From Felis catus (Eukaryota), in NCBI RefSeq assembly GCF_018350175.1, contig NC_058368.1, positions 60,328,001-60,392,000 on the forward strand: a stretch of DNA of 64,000 nucleotides, given 5' to 3'. The notes under the pieces are model-generated. The model ran no database searches and had not been told where the DNA came from. It saw only the letters and a list, made by a program, of their open reading frames with translations. This document shows, one piece after another, positions 13,121 through 26,689 of this stretch (positions within the stretch are counted from its first letter, which is position 1; the number at the start of each line of letters is the position of its first letter). The translations under genes were made by a program, and so were the position numbers.

Positions 13121-14011
13121 ACAAAAACATCCAAAAATCCAGTAAGAATTAGGAACGGTAAAAATTCACAAAACATTTTGCTGTGCCCTAAAATCTTCCT
13201 CTGACCAAATTCATACCGTCTTATTGTGTGGCTTAGCAAAAAAAGAAAAAGAAAAAAAAAAGTGTCTTGCAGTGAACAACACCCATCTTTTACAGAGAAC
13301 AGTCACAATGGATCTTTACAGCATTATTCTAAAGATCATCTGGAAGAAGCAAGTGGAAATAGTCAAAATTATTTTTGAAAAATAGGTGCTATGAAGGATG
13401 ATTACAGGCTCTCACTAGTTATTAAAATACATATAATAGAATAATGCTTTTGAAATAGTAAATGATTTCTTTCTGTCTCAGGTATGGGCATGACAGAAGA
13501 GTTATTAAATTTGTCTACAAGTCTCCGCCTTTGAATTTCCAAAAGCCAAAACTATCCATTTCCAGAAGTCAGGGCTGATATAAAAGCAATGTTTGTGCAG
13601 CAGGTGACAATATATTATACTCTTTCACTCCATCCCTTATCCTCATGCATTTGGAGCTACGTAAATCCCTTGAACATAGCAACTGCTCTGGGGAATGAAA
13701 GAAGAAATCCTGAATTTACTGAAATAATTTATCTGAGAAAGAATAAGAGATTAAAGTAGAAATCCAGTCTGGGGAAAAATGAGGTAGTGTAGGAGAAAAT
13801 AATTATTGGTGCAGGCAATTTATTTTTACATTGGAGACTCTCATTTACTGATTCAAACAGTGCCTGTGCTGTCATTAAAAGCTTGGATGGTTTGTCTTCT
13901 TCCTTGAAGGTGGCACTTCTCCCTAGCTCACTTCCATCCCACGTGTAGAAACTGAGGCACATTTTGTAGAGTTGGATATCATTCATCACCTTGCTTTACC
14001 CAAGACTGGGC

Positions 14012-14310
14012 CAAACATAGTGTTGAGTGAAACAAGCCAGACAGAAAAGAATGCATGCCCTATATTCCTATTATTTAAAATTCAAAAACATGCAAAACTG
14101 GACTACAGGGTTAGAAGTCAAAATAAATCTGTGAGGTAGAGGCAAAAGTGGGTAGCAATTGGAAAAAGGCATAAAGAAGCTTTTGCACTGTCAGCAATAT
14201 GCTATTGCCTGATATGTTGTAGTTACACATATGATTTCTTTGTTATAGTGTTTTTTGAACTGTACATGTATACTTTGCTTTTTTAATTTATGTATGTTAA
14301 GTAAAAGAAT
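14012..14310 (+). mobile_element. L1ME/L1MD-like 3' end
   Basis: aaacatagtgttgagtgaaacaagccagacagaaaagaatgcatgcc...aattcaaaaacatgcaaaact...ttagaagtca. Confidence 0.75.
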
Positions 14311-14514
14311 ACGTATGTAAGTAAAAGAATATGAAAATGCAGTTAAGTTATAGAAAATAATATTTATATATTTTATTTTATAATGTATACATTTATATAT
14401 TTCTACAAACATAAGTTTGAGAGTTAAGATTTATATGTGCCACACATAACACATGGCTGCAATGATTTATCCTCACTCAACCTTATACTCCCTTGTTAAA
14501 TAACTGTAACATTA

Positions 14515-14900
14515 GGTAATACTTAGCACTTCCTATAGGGAAAGCACTATTCTGAGGACATTACAAATATCTACTCATTTATAGCTTGTGACAACCTAAT
14601 GAGGTTGGAAGTCTTATCCCCTTAATAGATTAGGAAATTGGGGCACCTGGGTGGCTCAGTCAGTTGAGCATCTGATTCTTGATTTCAGCTCAGGTCATGA
14701 TCTCAAGATCTTGAGATAGAGCCTTCACCTGGCTCTGCACTGAGCATGGAGCCTGCTTGAGATTCTCTCTCTCTTTCCCTCTGCCCCTCCCCTGCTCATG
14801 CACGCACATGTGCATACATGCTCTTTCTCGTTCTCTCTCTCTCAAAACAACAAAAAACCAGATTAGGAAATCAAGATTCAGTGACATTACATAACTTTGG
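14515..14900 (-). mobile_element. MIR interrupted by the CanSINE at 14640
   Basis: acttagcacttcctataggg aaagcactattctgagg...actcattt...acaacctaatgagg...tagattaggaaat [SINE] caagattcagtgac. Confidence 0.65.
14640..14859 (+). mobile_element. CanSINE with TSD
   Basis: ggggcacctgggtggctcagtcagttgagc; TSD agattaggaaat at 14627-14638 and 14860-14871. Confidence 0.95.
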
Positions 14901-14919
14901 GGTTGAAAATCTAATTAGT

Positions 14920-15147
14920 GGGGCGCCTGGGTGGCACAGTCGGTTAAGCGTCCGACTTCAGCCAGGTCACGATCTCGCGGTCCGTGAGCTCGAGCCCCGC
15001 GTCTGGCTCTGGGCTGATGGCTCAGAGCCTGAAGCCTGTTTCCGATTCTGTGTCTCCCTCTCTCTCTGCCCCTCCCCCGTTCATGCTCTGTCTCTCTCTG
15101 TCCCAAAAATAAATAAAAAACGTTGAAAAAAAAATTTAAAAAAAAAA
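14920..15147 (+). mobile_element. Young feline CanSINE (SINEC_Fc1-like) with perfect TSD
   Basis: ggggcgcctgggtggcacagtcggttaagcgtccgacttcagccaggtcacgatctcgcgg; TSD gaaaatctaattagt at 14905-14919 and 15148-15162. Confidence 0.97.
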
Positions 15148-16039
15148 GAAAATCTAATTAGTGTCCCAGTCACAACTGATATCCTGGCAGTTTGCCTCAA
15201 TTTAAACCACTACATTGTCCCCTTAAGTACATCTCCTAATCATCTCTCTAGAAGCTGAAAAAAAGAAAGAAAAGTGAATAGTGAATTTTTTTTTTGTTTT
15301 AATTCTCAAGACTAAATTCTAATTCAGAGGGAAGCTGAGTAGTTGAGGTAAGAAGCAAAAATGTCTTGGCCTGGACTAGAAAAGTCTTGCCAACTACAGA
15401 GAGTGTAGATGGCAGGAACTCAATATTTCTCTCTCGCTGTGATATAAAAAAAAAAAAGAAAAGGATGCTGAGAGTGAGCAAATGGTCTAGAACAACACAA
15501 ACTCAAAGAAAGGCTCGGTAAAGTATTCTGGCTGAAGCTCAGAAAGAACCCCTGCAAAGGGAACCCCTAAATTCACCCTTCCCACGTGGTTTTAAGGGTG
15601 TGGCTATGAAAATTTCAGGAAATAAGTTTTAATATTTTTCAAAGTATGACAGTATGCAGAAAATATCAGTAAACTCTCAAACTCATTTCATGTACCTAGC
15701 AGACCTCTAAGCAAGATATAGAATCAAAAATAAAAATAATAAATCCATAAATAAATAATAACAATATTTTCATTAAACACACACATACATATACACACAC
15801 AGAGTTCACAAGGCACCCAGAGTCACTCACAAAATAAGAGCTCTTTCTAATAAGCAATAACATAAATAACTTAAAATATGAGTAAGTGCAGACTTGGTGG
15901 AAGTGCTTTAGTACATGAAATAGAGAATTAATATGGATTAAATATAAAGGGCAGCTTAAATCACTTCAAAGGAAATTAAAGCACAACTGAAATGAGACAA
16001 ATATATGCGTATAAATTTTAAAAATATATAAACGGAAGT

Positions 16040-16980
16040 AACAATATGTAAAGGTATTCAATCTCAAAGTAACCAGAGTAATGGCATTTAAAACCTTAAG
16101 GATGATATTTGCAAAAGTTTAAAAGATTGATAATATCCATATTGTCAAGAGTGGGGAAAGTGGAACTCTATTCAGATGTTGGGAAGAGGATAAACCCTCC
16201 AGCCTCCAGAGGATGGTTTGGGAGTATGAGGAGAATTAAAACCTTGTGAACCCTTAGACACAGCATTTCCACTTTTAGAAATATAGCCCACAGAATTATG
16301 GCTTCATGCACTAAGATATACGGTGTGCACTCAGGAAGTCTGTCCCACCATTACTTGCAGAGTGATGTGGCATTTTATACAGGGCTTGAGTTTTAAGAGA
16401 AACACATGAGGTGAATATTAAATAATAAGAGCATTATTTGTGAAAAATCTCAAGGCAAGTTTCATTTAAAGGTTTACATAACATCTCTCAGTCAGTCCTG
16501 CAAACACTGTACTTTCCTTTAGCTTTTAAGAAATAGGTTTTCATCCAATTGATCACCAAATGAAGTAGGGCTCTGGAATTTAAAACCCCGGTGATACTAA
16601 AAACCTATCTACAAACATTAGAATCCCACTCATCATGATGGCAAGATTCTCTTACTATTAGTTGGATATTAGTAGGACTAGAAGTAGGACTGAGACCAGA
16701 TGAGGTAATGAACAACTCACATGAAAATTCATATTCACCTCTAAGCATATGCAAATTAATTAGATGGTAGTCAGCATTACCTGTAATATTTAAATTAACT
16801 TCTCCATCATTATCGATGATTAAATAAACCATAGTACATCTATATCACTAAAAAAGATGAAGCAGTTAAAAATAGAACTATAGAATTATATACATGCTGA
16901 AAAAGAAAGTTTTCCTCATCATGTCATTTACAGACCAAAAAAATTGCAGTTCAATGTATAGAGTACAATACCTTTTTTAT
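16040..16980 (+). mobile_element. L1ME-like ORF2/3'UTR fragments (discontinuous)
   Basis: aaagattgataatatcca...ggggaaagtggaactc...acccttagacacagcatttccacttttagaaatatagccc; later gattaaataaaccatagtacatctat. Confidence 0.6.
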
Positions 16981-17174
16981 AAACACAAGTCCCAAAGCCC
17001 CAAATCAAATAGCCAGTCTAAAAGCTTCACAAACGGTCTGGAATGGTGAGCTCTCTAATGAGAACTGAGATTGGGACAAGTCCACTTTCACATTTTTTCT
17101 CAAGATAACTCTATATTCTGTTTTTCTGCATTCATTTATTCCTTTGGTAATCTCATCCCAGTTCATTAGTTTAA

Positions 17175-17400
17175 TTTTTTTAATGTTTATTTTTGAGAGA
17201 GCGAGAGAACGAGAGAGAGAGAGATTGAGAGACAGCGTGAACGGGTGAGGGGAAGAGACAGAGGTAGACATAGAATCCAAAGCAGGAGCCAGGCTCCGAG
17301 CTGTCAGCACAGAGCCCAACATGGGGCTCAAACCCAAGAACCATGAGATCATGACCTGAGTCGAAGTCAGACTCAACCAATTGAGCCACCCAGGTGCCCC
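17175..17400 (-). mobile_element. CanSINE (SINEC_Fc-type) with TSD
   Basis: Reverse ggggcacctgggtggctca; TSD core ttcattagtttaa at 17162-17174 and 17406-17418. Confidence 0.95.
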
Positions 17401-17429
17401 TGCAATTCATTAGTTTAAATATTAAGCAT

Positions 17430-17760
17430 TGAAATTTCCAAATGTATATCTCCAATACAGTCCTCTAGCCTTAGCTGTAGACTTCTATACCTAAATATGC
17501 AATTGAGACCTCCCACTTGGCTGATTGTGTCAAACAATGTGTCAAAAAGGGAAGCTGAGTCTTCCCTTCAAAACTTGCCCCCTGTAGTCTTCCCCATTCC
17601 AATGTTTTTCAATTTCAAAGGAGAAAAATGTCCTAAATTTCCTTGACTTATCACTTTCCCTTTCTCCATCCTATGGTCGGCAATTCCTATTGGTTCTACT
17701 TGTTATCATGACTTTAAAGAACTACAGATTTCTTGACTTTGCTGCCCCTGCAATTGGAGT
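17430..17760 (+). mobile_element. L2 fragment
   Basis: caaatgtatatctcca...agacttctatacc...acctcccacttgg...gtcttccccattcc. Confidence 0.5.
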
Positions 17761-17991
17761 GTGCCTCTCTATTCCTTCTCCCTACTTTATACAGGATGCA
17801 TTTCTTTCAAATCTTGAAACTTACTTACCATCCTTATTTCCAGGACTCTCAACTAATTATTCTTTGAGATTGTAATGTCTTCCTTTACACCAAAATTGTT
17901 TGGGTAGCCACTCTCAAAGCAATCTGTGATTTACACAGAAAAGAAGACATGTTCACTTTTTTGTTCAGTTCAGTTATTTGCTTAATACTTA

Positions 17992-18480
17992 TGACCTTGA
18001 GAGCATTATGCTAAGTGAAATCAATCAAAGACAGATACTGTATGATCTAACTTATATGTGGAATTTTAAAAAATAACAACAACAACAACAACAACCAAAA
18101 CCAAGCTCAAAGATACAGAGAATAGATTGGTGGTGGCTAAAGGTAGAGAGTAGGGGGGGTGGGAGAAACAGGTGAAGGGGTCAAAAGGTAGAAACTTCTA
18201 GTTATAAAATAATTAAGCCACTGGGATGTAATGTACATCATGACTATAGTTAATAGTACTGTAGTGCATATTTGACAGTGACAGTTGCTAAGAGTTAATC
18301 TTAAAAGTCCTCATCGCAAGAAAAAAATTGTAACTGTGTGGTGATGGATGTTAACTGGACTTATGGGGTGATCATTTTGCTATGTATACAAATATTAAAC
18401 AATTATGTTGCACACCTGAAGCCAATAAGATATTATATGTCAATTATACTTCAATAAAAATAATAAAATAAATAAGAAAA
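17992..18480 (+). mobile_element. L1 3' end (L1MA9 / carnivore L1-like) with A-rich tail
   Basis: gaccttgagagcattatgctaagtgaaat...gatacagagaatagattggtgg...aaaaggtagaaacttctagttataaaat...tgttgcacacctgaa...gtcaattatacttcaataaaaa. Confidence 0.9.
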
Positions 18481-19599
18481 CAATAACAAGTATACCAATA
18501 CAAGGAATCTGAAATTTCTGAACCAATGCTTTGATTTTCTTATCAGAAAAATGGGGCAAAAAAAGAAAAAGAAAAAGTGTTAATAATAGCAGTATCTTGG
18601 TCAATAAATTGCATTAATAAATAAATAAATAAATAAACAAACAAACATAAAGTGTTTTGATCAGTGATTGGCCATAGTAATTACTCAGTAAATAACTAAA
18701 ATAATAATATATACACATAACATATATACATTCCTTGCTCCACTATGAATCCTAACAGAGTGAAGATAACATCAGTTTTATGTATGTCCATTTCCAGCAT
18801 TTATAGTTAGATTTCAATAAATAGCTTCTTAAATGAATAATCTAACATGTCACAAATATATGCCACTGTATCTATAGGTAGATAGATGATGGATAGGAAG
18901 ATAAATAGATAGGTAATTAGCAAGATAGATGGATCAATATAGTCTATCATGTCTCCTAAACTACTATATAATTTGCCTACTTTACATTTTTTTAAATTAA
19001 ATATTCCTCTCCCTCCTGGAGTATATTAGATTCACATAGACACTGAGTTTGGGGTGTTTTCATCAAGAATGAATTCAAGCAACCAAAGCAAGAATATACT
19101 CCGCACAAACAAAAATTTATTGAATGCACAAGAGGTCAACCCAGTTGCATTACTTTGAACTTTTTAACAATGGCATCTTTTAATACATTGTCCTTTGCAA
19201 CTAAAAGCATACTTTCTTTTCAATTATAGAACTCCTAAATACTATAACACTCAGAACCCAAATCAAATGCCCTGTGTACATGATAACCTGTCCAATGTAC
19301 TAAACTGTTAAATAATAATCCTTTATGAATTCCTACAGTAATTTATTTGTACCTTAAATGGGACCTTCACATTCACCACATTCCTGCATAAGATAAGGAT
19401 CTAAAAATAATTTTTAGCTAAAAGGGCTTAGAGCAAAACTGAGGAGTGAGGATCAGAAAATAACTGAAAAACTGGAACACACTAACGGGATAGCGAAAGT
19501 AGAGCCAGGTATGAAAGTAAGATCAGGACATGTGTAAAGAAAAGATGCCAAAGACAGAAGTCTCATGTGCCAACCTGAATAGAAGGCAATGGAAGAAAA

Positions 19600-20068
19600 T
19601 CAGACAACTGGTTTTCTCCCTGTGTTTTGTCTCTTCTTCTTTCATAGAAATATACTTATCTAGACATTTGACCGACCAACTAAAACCTGCATTTCCTCAG
19701 TTTACTTTCTGGCTAAATGTGCACATGTGCTTTAAGCTTGGGTCAATGGTATGAATGGGTATGTCACATGCTATGGCACATCCACAGCTCCAACTTAACA
19801 TCTTTATCCATTTCCCCCTTCTCACGTGTGCTGGAATGAAGATGTGGAAGCAACTGTTTTGACCGGGTACATAATGATACAAACTATTGGACAATAGTTC
19901 CCAGGAGGAAAATAATCTGATTCCTGAATATCTTTGTGGAGCAAAGCTGCCTAAGAACCTGGACTGGCAGGATTGTTCTATTAGACAGAAATCGATTTTA
20001 CTTATTTAAGTTACTAAAAATCTGTAGGTCTTTTTGCTACAGAGAGGAAGCTGCACTTTAATTTATAC
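19600..20068 (+). mobile_element. MaLR LTR (MLT1J-like)
   Basis: ctgcatttcctcag...cacatgtgctttaagcttgggtcaatggtatga...ctggaatgaagatgtg...tggagcaaagctgcc...cctggact...acttatttaagttact. Confidence 0.65.
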
Positions 20069-21320
20069 AGGAGGTGATACCCCAAATTTGAAAATGGAAT
20101 TTTCCTGGAATCCAGGACTATGCATGAGAGATTCAAAGAAAACGGAGAAAGGCCTTTTACTCATCCAGGCTCAGAGCAAATGGTTTTACAAAGGAAATTT
20201 CAACTTACCCAACCTACTTTGGCAAGTTAAAACTTATCATATTTTCAGATCTTAGACTGAGCATCACGTACTTGGAAAAACCTGTCCTACCCTCTCTTCA
20301 TCCAAGTAAAGTTTAATCAAAGCCATTAGCTAACCTCCCTTCCCTTTATACCCCAGCTTGATTCTTAGTCTCCCTCACACAGTTTTGTTTTTCTTCCTGT
20401 ATCTAGTAATTGGTAAAAAGATTTATCTTCTTCCTCTTTTCAGAAACACTAAAACTGTTTCCCCTAATAAAGGCTGTATTGTTAAAAACAAATTCAAATG
20501 TGCAATTCCTTAGTTAGTGCTAAAGTCAACCTTGTACCCGTCTGGTTTGGAATGGTATTGATGAAGAACATAATGGATTATCTTCCTTTTCCACACTCAT
20601 GTAAATCTGTTTTATGGCACTTTTGGTCATTTACTCAGCTTCCCAACCTCTCTCCCAAAAGGGAAAGTGGGTATGCCTAGGTCTTCCCTTTACCAGTCCA
20701 TAATATAAAGCTATATCATACAGTAGTTGTTACCACTTATAATAAAAATAATACACAGTGAGAACCACACGTAAGAATTATTATAAATACTATATACTGT
20801 ACTATATAGTTCTTATATTCCTTTTGCATATGAGGCTGGAGTTTTAAATACTGAACAGGATCAGTGTTCAATGTATTTTGTAGTCAATTTCATATTTAAT
20901 AACTTGACTTAGATATTTTCTTCATGAATATTTTTAAGAATATTATTAAAATATATATTAATTTATGTTGACTTCTCTTTATTGGAGATTTGTTTATTGA
21001 TCCAAACTTGTTAGCACTGTCTATATTTCAGGATAACAGACCTAATGAACTCCTAGGGAATATGGTAGTGACAACCTCTGGCAGTAGAATCATTTGTTTC
21101 TGAGCCTTCCTCTAAGCTTCTTTTTAGCTCTTATGTAACTTCTGGACAGAGTTAAGGGAAAACAAACCAGGCTTTCTGCCTGTTGACCTAGGTCTGACTT
21201 CAAATCCTTGTGTTTTCCAGATAACTCCTTTTCTATACAAGTGTATTATAATGATAATAAGAGTTTATTTTAAAATTACGTAATTTCATCCCCACGTGCA
21301 TTATATAAATAATGATGTTT

Positions 21321-21535
21321 GGGATGCTTGGGTGGCTCAGTAGGTTAAGTGTTTCTTCATTTAAGCTCAGGTCATGATCTCACTGGGTTTGTGCATTGTC
21401 AGTGCAGAGACTGCTTGGAATTCTTTCTCCTCCCTCTCTCCCTCTGCTCTCTCCAGGCTCCTCCTTCTCGCTCTCTCTCTCTTGCTCTCACTCTCTCTCA
21501 AAATAAATAAATAAACTTTAAAGAAAAGAAAAAAA
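21321..21535 (+). mobile_element. Older CanSINE (internally deleted)
   Basis: gggatgcttgggtggctcagtaggttaag...gctcaggtcatgatctca; (CT)n; aaataaataaataaac tail. Confidence 0.9.
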
Positions 21536-21640
21536 TATGTTTTAATATTCCTTTACTTTACAGATAGAGCAAATTCATAAAAACATGCATTCTGCAAAGT
21601 TTCACTATGTTAAGTATGCAGTTATATTTAAAAATGTTTT

Positions 21641-21858
21641 GGGGCACCTGGGTGGCTCAGTTGGTTAAGCATCTATCTGCTTCAGCTCAAATCATGATCT
21701 CACGGTTGGTGGGTTTGAGCCCCGCGTTGGGCTCTGGGCTGACAGCTCAGAGCCTGGAGCCTGCTTCAGATGCTGTGTCTCCCTCTCTCTCTTCCCCTTT
21801 CCTGCTCACGCTCTGTCTCTCTCTGTCTCTCAAAAATGAATAAATGTTAATTTTTTTA
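21641..21858 (+). mobile_element. CanSINE (SINEC_Fc-type)
   Basis: ggggcacctgggtggctcagttggttaagc...gacagctcagagcctggagcctgcttcaga. Confidence 0.95.
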
Positions 21859-23168
21859 ATGTTTCAAAGATAGGCCCATTTATCTCATTCTGAAACCAAT
21901 AAACCTATCTATGTGGAATATAATGTTATTTTTGAGGTCAAGAAACTAAAACTGCCATTCAGGCATTGTATATGACTTGCTACTATAGCTATAACATTTC
22001 CATTTTTGATCAAAACTCCCAGAAGCTTCATGACAACTAATATTAAGACCATTGAAGCAAAAGTTTATATAATTTTGAAATGGATTTTTAATAAATCAGT
22101 AGGGATTTTCTATTACTTTATCTAAAGATCTGACATCTTTTGAAGGACTTAGTTATTTCAATTACTAAAGTTAGCGACATTTTCTATATATTTATTTCTT
22201 TACATTCCTTCAGAAAGGACATATAGTTAACCTTATATTCACCCTGAAACAACCTTCCTCTCCTAACCCAAATATATTACCACCACAGACTCAGACAATT
22301 GTATCCAGTGAGGATAACACACAATTGGTTCTTTTTTCTAGGGAGTTTATACTGGAGACAAAACAATGCTGTGTCACTTAGCTGTGCAAGATTGACCTGT
22401 TAAGCTATCAGTGTATAAAATTCCCATTTTGGGGATGCTTTCATTTGCCACAAGCTAAAATCAGGCAGCCATGTACAGAAACAAGACACGAATATATGCA
22501 CACAGAGAAAGGTAAGAATCCAAGATCTTAAGAGAAAGACAGGTGGTTTTCCAGCCATTGGAAAGCCTAAACATACTTTCTAAAATTAAGTTCCATTTTA
22601 TTTATCTCTACGCTTAGAATAAATTTAATTTGTTTCTTTCAGGTTGTACCTAAATGTATATACTTTAAAACTCATATTTTGAAAATATGTTTCAACTTTA
22701 AAATGAAGAAAAACTGTTTTTCTTTTCTTTTCTTTTTTTTATTAGGAAGACATCAATTTTATGTCCTGGTTTTTGACTGCACAACAAATGGAGCACCAAG
22801 CAGGAGGGAGTTGGAATATTCTAACAAGGGGAAATAATTTTCCAGTGTTAAAATAGGAAATCTTCCAATTTTGGACAGACATTTATTTTCCAGCTGTAAC
22901 TCTAAAGTATACTATAATTCTGGGTTTGAATTTCCACTCTGATCTTAAATTCAATAAAGATAGGGATAAATTAATTAATCCCCACTAATCAACAATCTCC
23001 AAATATTTTATAAGTCCCAATTAGGTGCAAATCATGGTATTACATACATTGACAAACAAAAGAAACAACATTATTTTCATTTTCAAGAAGTTTACAACTT
23101 AAATAAATAGTAACTATATAAATATCAAATAGTAATAGGAGAAAATAGAATGTCACAAATCCACACAG

Positions 23169-23315
23169 CAGTGGTCCTCAAACTTCTCTCTCTTGGGTAC
23201 TCTTACACTCTTAAGTTTATGGAGGACTCCAAAGAACTTTCTCTAATGTGAATTATATTTATTGATATTGCTGTGTTAGAAATTAAAACTGAGAAATTTA
23301 AAAATATTTACTAAT
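23169..23315 (+). mobile_element. hAT-Charlie DNA transposon terminal fragment
   Basis: cagtggtcctcaaactt TIR-like start, then ttacactcttaag...gaggactccaaagaactttt...ttagaaattaaaactgagaaatttaaaaatattta. Confidence 0.6.
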
Positions 23316-24322
23316 AAAATGTCTCGAATGAATGATATAGTATCAACAAATAATTTCAACCATAAACTTGAAAAAAATTCTTCTAATTCAGTGAATTTTC
23401 TTCTCTTTTCTCTTTTATCTTGCAAATATGAAAGTGAAAGAAGAGAAATAATTCAATGAACAGTTTCTCAAGCTTGAAGAACGTATAGGCCCCATTTTAC
23501 ATTTAAAAAAAAGATCCTAGGTGATCTCTATATCACTTTAAATTACATTATGGTATTAATTAAGTACTTGAAAACATAAATCTTGGCATAAACTCCAAGT
23601 TATTCTTGGGATTTGTAACTGTAAAACCAAAGGGAATTTACAAGTTAGGTGCAAACATAATTATGAAACCCCTAAAATTAAAATTATCAACATAAATTTA
23701 AGGTAACAGATCATGTTATGTTGCCACCAGTAAATTTCCTACCTTGATCTGAATGTGAAATGACTTCTATGGTAAAATGCTTTGAGTTTCACAAGTGTGG
23801 TCAACCTTGACCCATGCAATGATTCAATTTCTTTTTCCCCACTCTAAAGTGCCACCAAATCTTTGTTTCTGTAGTGTTCTGTGGCTGCAATGTGACCTTC
23901 ACGAGGGACAAACACATTGTATTTGTGACTTTTCTATCTCATATTTTTAAATTAACTTGTCATTATTGAAGTGCTACTCGGAGCCAATGGATTCATAAAG
24001 CTAAAGGGAACCATGGCATGAAATAATAGACCTGTACTTGGTCACATAAATGATAGTGAATATGGTTATATAAAGTGATGATTAAATTACCTTTAAAATG
24101 AAAAGATATAATTAAAATAAAAAGTTTAATAAAGAATTTGTGGGACCTAAAAATATGTACATAGATCACTCTGTGTCTATAGTAAAAAGTTGGAGAAACA
24201 CTATACAGAAGGAAAAACACCATTTGTCATGCAAATGGTATTAGGAACTATTTCAGTTGTTAGGAACCTAAATTTTAGTTTTACCAAAGAATTTTTCTAA
24301 GTTGACTAATTAGAAATGTGAT

Positions 24323-24522
24323 GGGGCGCTTGCATGGCTGAGTCAGTTGAGTATCCAACTCTTGATTTGGCTGAGGTCATGATCTCATGGTTCATGGGAT
24401 AGAGCCCTGCATTGGGCTCCATGCTGACAGAACAGAGCATGCTTGGAATTCTCTCTAAACCCCACCCCCAGCTTGTGCACATACACTGTCTCTCTCCCAC
24501 AATGAATAAACTTTAAAAAAAA
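24323..24522 (+). mobile_element. Older CanSINE
   Basis: ggggcgcttgcatggctgagtcagttgag...aggtcatgatctcatgg; tail aatgaataaactttaaaaaaaa. Confidence 0.9.
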
Positions 24523-25391
24523 TATGAATCCACTTTTTTTTTTCCAGAAGAGAATGGCAAAATAATTGTTTTGAACTCAAATCTTTATAAGACAATTTAA
24601 CTTCATAATTTAACTGAAAACTTTGCATTTTCATAAAGATAATAGAAATCACTTCAGCAAAGTCACTACTTTATTTTCAGTATATGAATATAAATTATGT
24701 AAATTGCTTTACAGCAGTTTCTCAAAGTATTGCAATAATAATAATTAAACAAAACCTCAAGAGTAATATTTGATTGGGTATTTTTTAAATTAATGTTGAA
24801 TGCAGGTGCTGGAGGAAAAGTAGATTTAATTATTGAAGTAGGAGGTTCAGAACTTTGTGGAAATGTGAAAAGGGACTGCTTTCAGTTGGGACCTTAAAAT
24901 ACTCACCTTACTAGCTCTTGATTAGTCCCATTTACTTAGAAACTCATTTTTCCTTAATGGTAATATCTCCTTAGCACTAGCCTGAAGCTTATTATCTTTT
25001 ACTGGAGTTCCTATTTTAACCAAAGAAGAGAAATAGTGTGCGCCATTTTTCACTTTGTCGTTTTCTCAAATCACTAAGGAAATTTACTTTTTTGGGCATC
25101 TCGAATATTTCTGTTTACATAATGGGTATTTCCCCCCTAATATCAAAAGCAAAACATGTTTACTGTAAAAATTACAGATAATATAGTTTAATGGAATTTT
25201 ACCATTTATGAATTGCATTATCTCAATCGTACCGTTTTACCTCAAGTCATTCCAAAATGAAATAACTATTCCGGTTTTTTTTTTCTTTTCTTGATCAAAA
25301 CGTCAATGTGTTTCATGTAAAGGGTAAATTTTTTCTACATGACTATAGCCTATACTTCCACAGGTTATGGAAATCCATAGGTCATTAAAAA

Positions 25392-25602
25392 ATTTTTTTT
25401 AACATTAATTCATTTTCGAGAGACAGAGAGAGAGCAGAGTGCAAGTGGAGAAGAGGAGAGAGAGGGGAGACATAGAATCTGAAGCAGGCTCTAGGCTCTG
25501 AGCTGTCAGCACAGAGTCCAACGTGGGGCTGAAACTCATGAACCCTGAGATCATGACCTGAGCCAAAGTCGGACTCAACTGACTGAGCCACCCAGGCGCC
25601 CC
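25392..25602 (-). mobile_element. CanSINE (SINEC_Fc-type)
   Basis: Reverse ggggcgcctgggtggctcagtcagttgagtccgactttggctcaggtcatgatc. Confidence 0.95.
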
Positions 25603-26689
25603 TATTTTTTAAACTTTGTAAACATAAAGTCACTTTTGTAGTAATAATCCATTTTTTCACTGGATTTTTCTCCAAGGAACCCTAGGAAGTCTACACCTTT
25701 GCAGATCTGTTTTGTTTTGTTTGGTTTTAACTCAGGAGACATTTTTGGGTTCTCATTTTGGTATGTTCAAGAAGCTTCCATTCAAAATCTTATGTACTTG
25801 TCTACACAGCAGCTTCCGAGCAGGACTACATCTGCTGGACTCTGTTATTGCTTTCCTGGCATGTACCATACTGTTAAGGTAAAATTATAATTTTAGGGAG
25901 AAGTCATTGCTTCTTCCAGACACAGCCACCACTTGCATTAAGTGTAGTCATATATATGAGTTATTCTTATTACCATGACAATGTTGAACTTTACCTGAAT
26001 CCTGTACCCCTAGAAAACAGTGAAAGTTTAAAAATCTCCTCAAGTTTTGTGTTTCAGGAAATGGCTCGCTGGAATAACCAGTCTTCCTCATGTGACGTAG
26101 AGAAGATTCACAGATGTTCCCTTCCCCACCCCCATTCACCTATGAGTAGGCCAGACACAGACCTTCAGAATTCTTATTCTTTGCCCCATAAATAATTACC
26201 TGGGCAGCAGACCCATCCTTGGTTGATGGCCTTAGACTCCGATGTCATAACCTTACTCAAAAACTATTTTTTGTAAATAGAGGGGGAAGAGTTTGGAATG
26301 CAATTCAACTTTTAAAAAATGTATCTGGTATGTTTTTTTTTCAGCATTTACTGATGTACTTTACTTAAGATGGGGGGCACCAATATAATTCAATAAATTA
26401 TAATCCTTGAAAGTTTTATATCCAAACAGCTATTTTAAGTGAGCAAGTGGCATTCTAAAAAGAAGAAACATATTTAAACGAAATGGGATAAAGGATTTTT
26501 CTCTCTTTTTCACAGCCATAGCTACAATGTGTCCAAAGGCTGAGATATATTCAGCATTCAATATATATTTATTGAATAAAATAAGGAAGCTGGTATATAA
26601 AACAATAATGTAATATGCTTCAAAAAAGGACATCAATTCTAAGTTAAAAATCTGAACATGTACCACTCTATTTCATAAAGGGAAAGAGA

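Noticed and set aside
13460..13610. Acceptor-like ttctttctgtctcag and a possible downstream donor cag/gtgac
   Set aside because: All three frames hit stop codons, and no product is recognisable.
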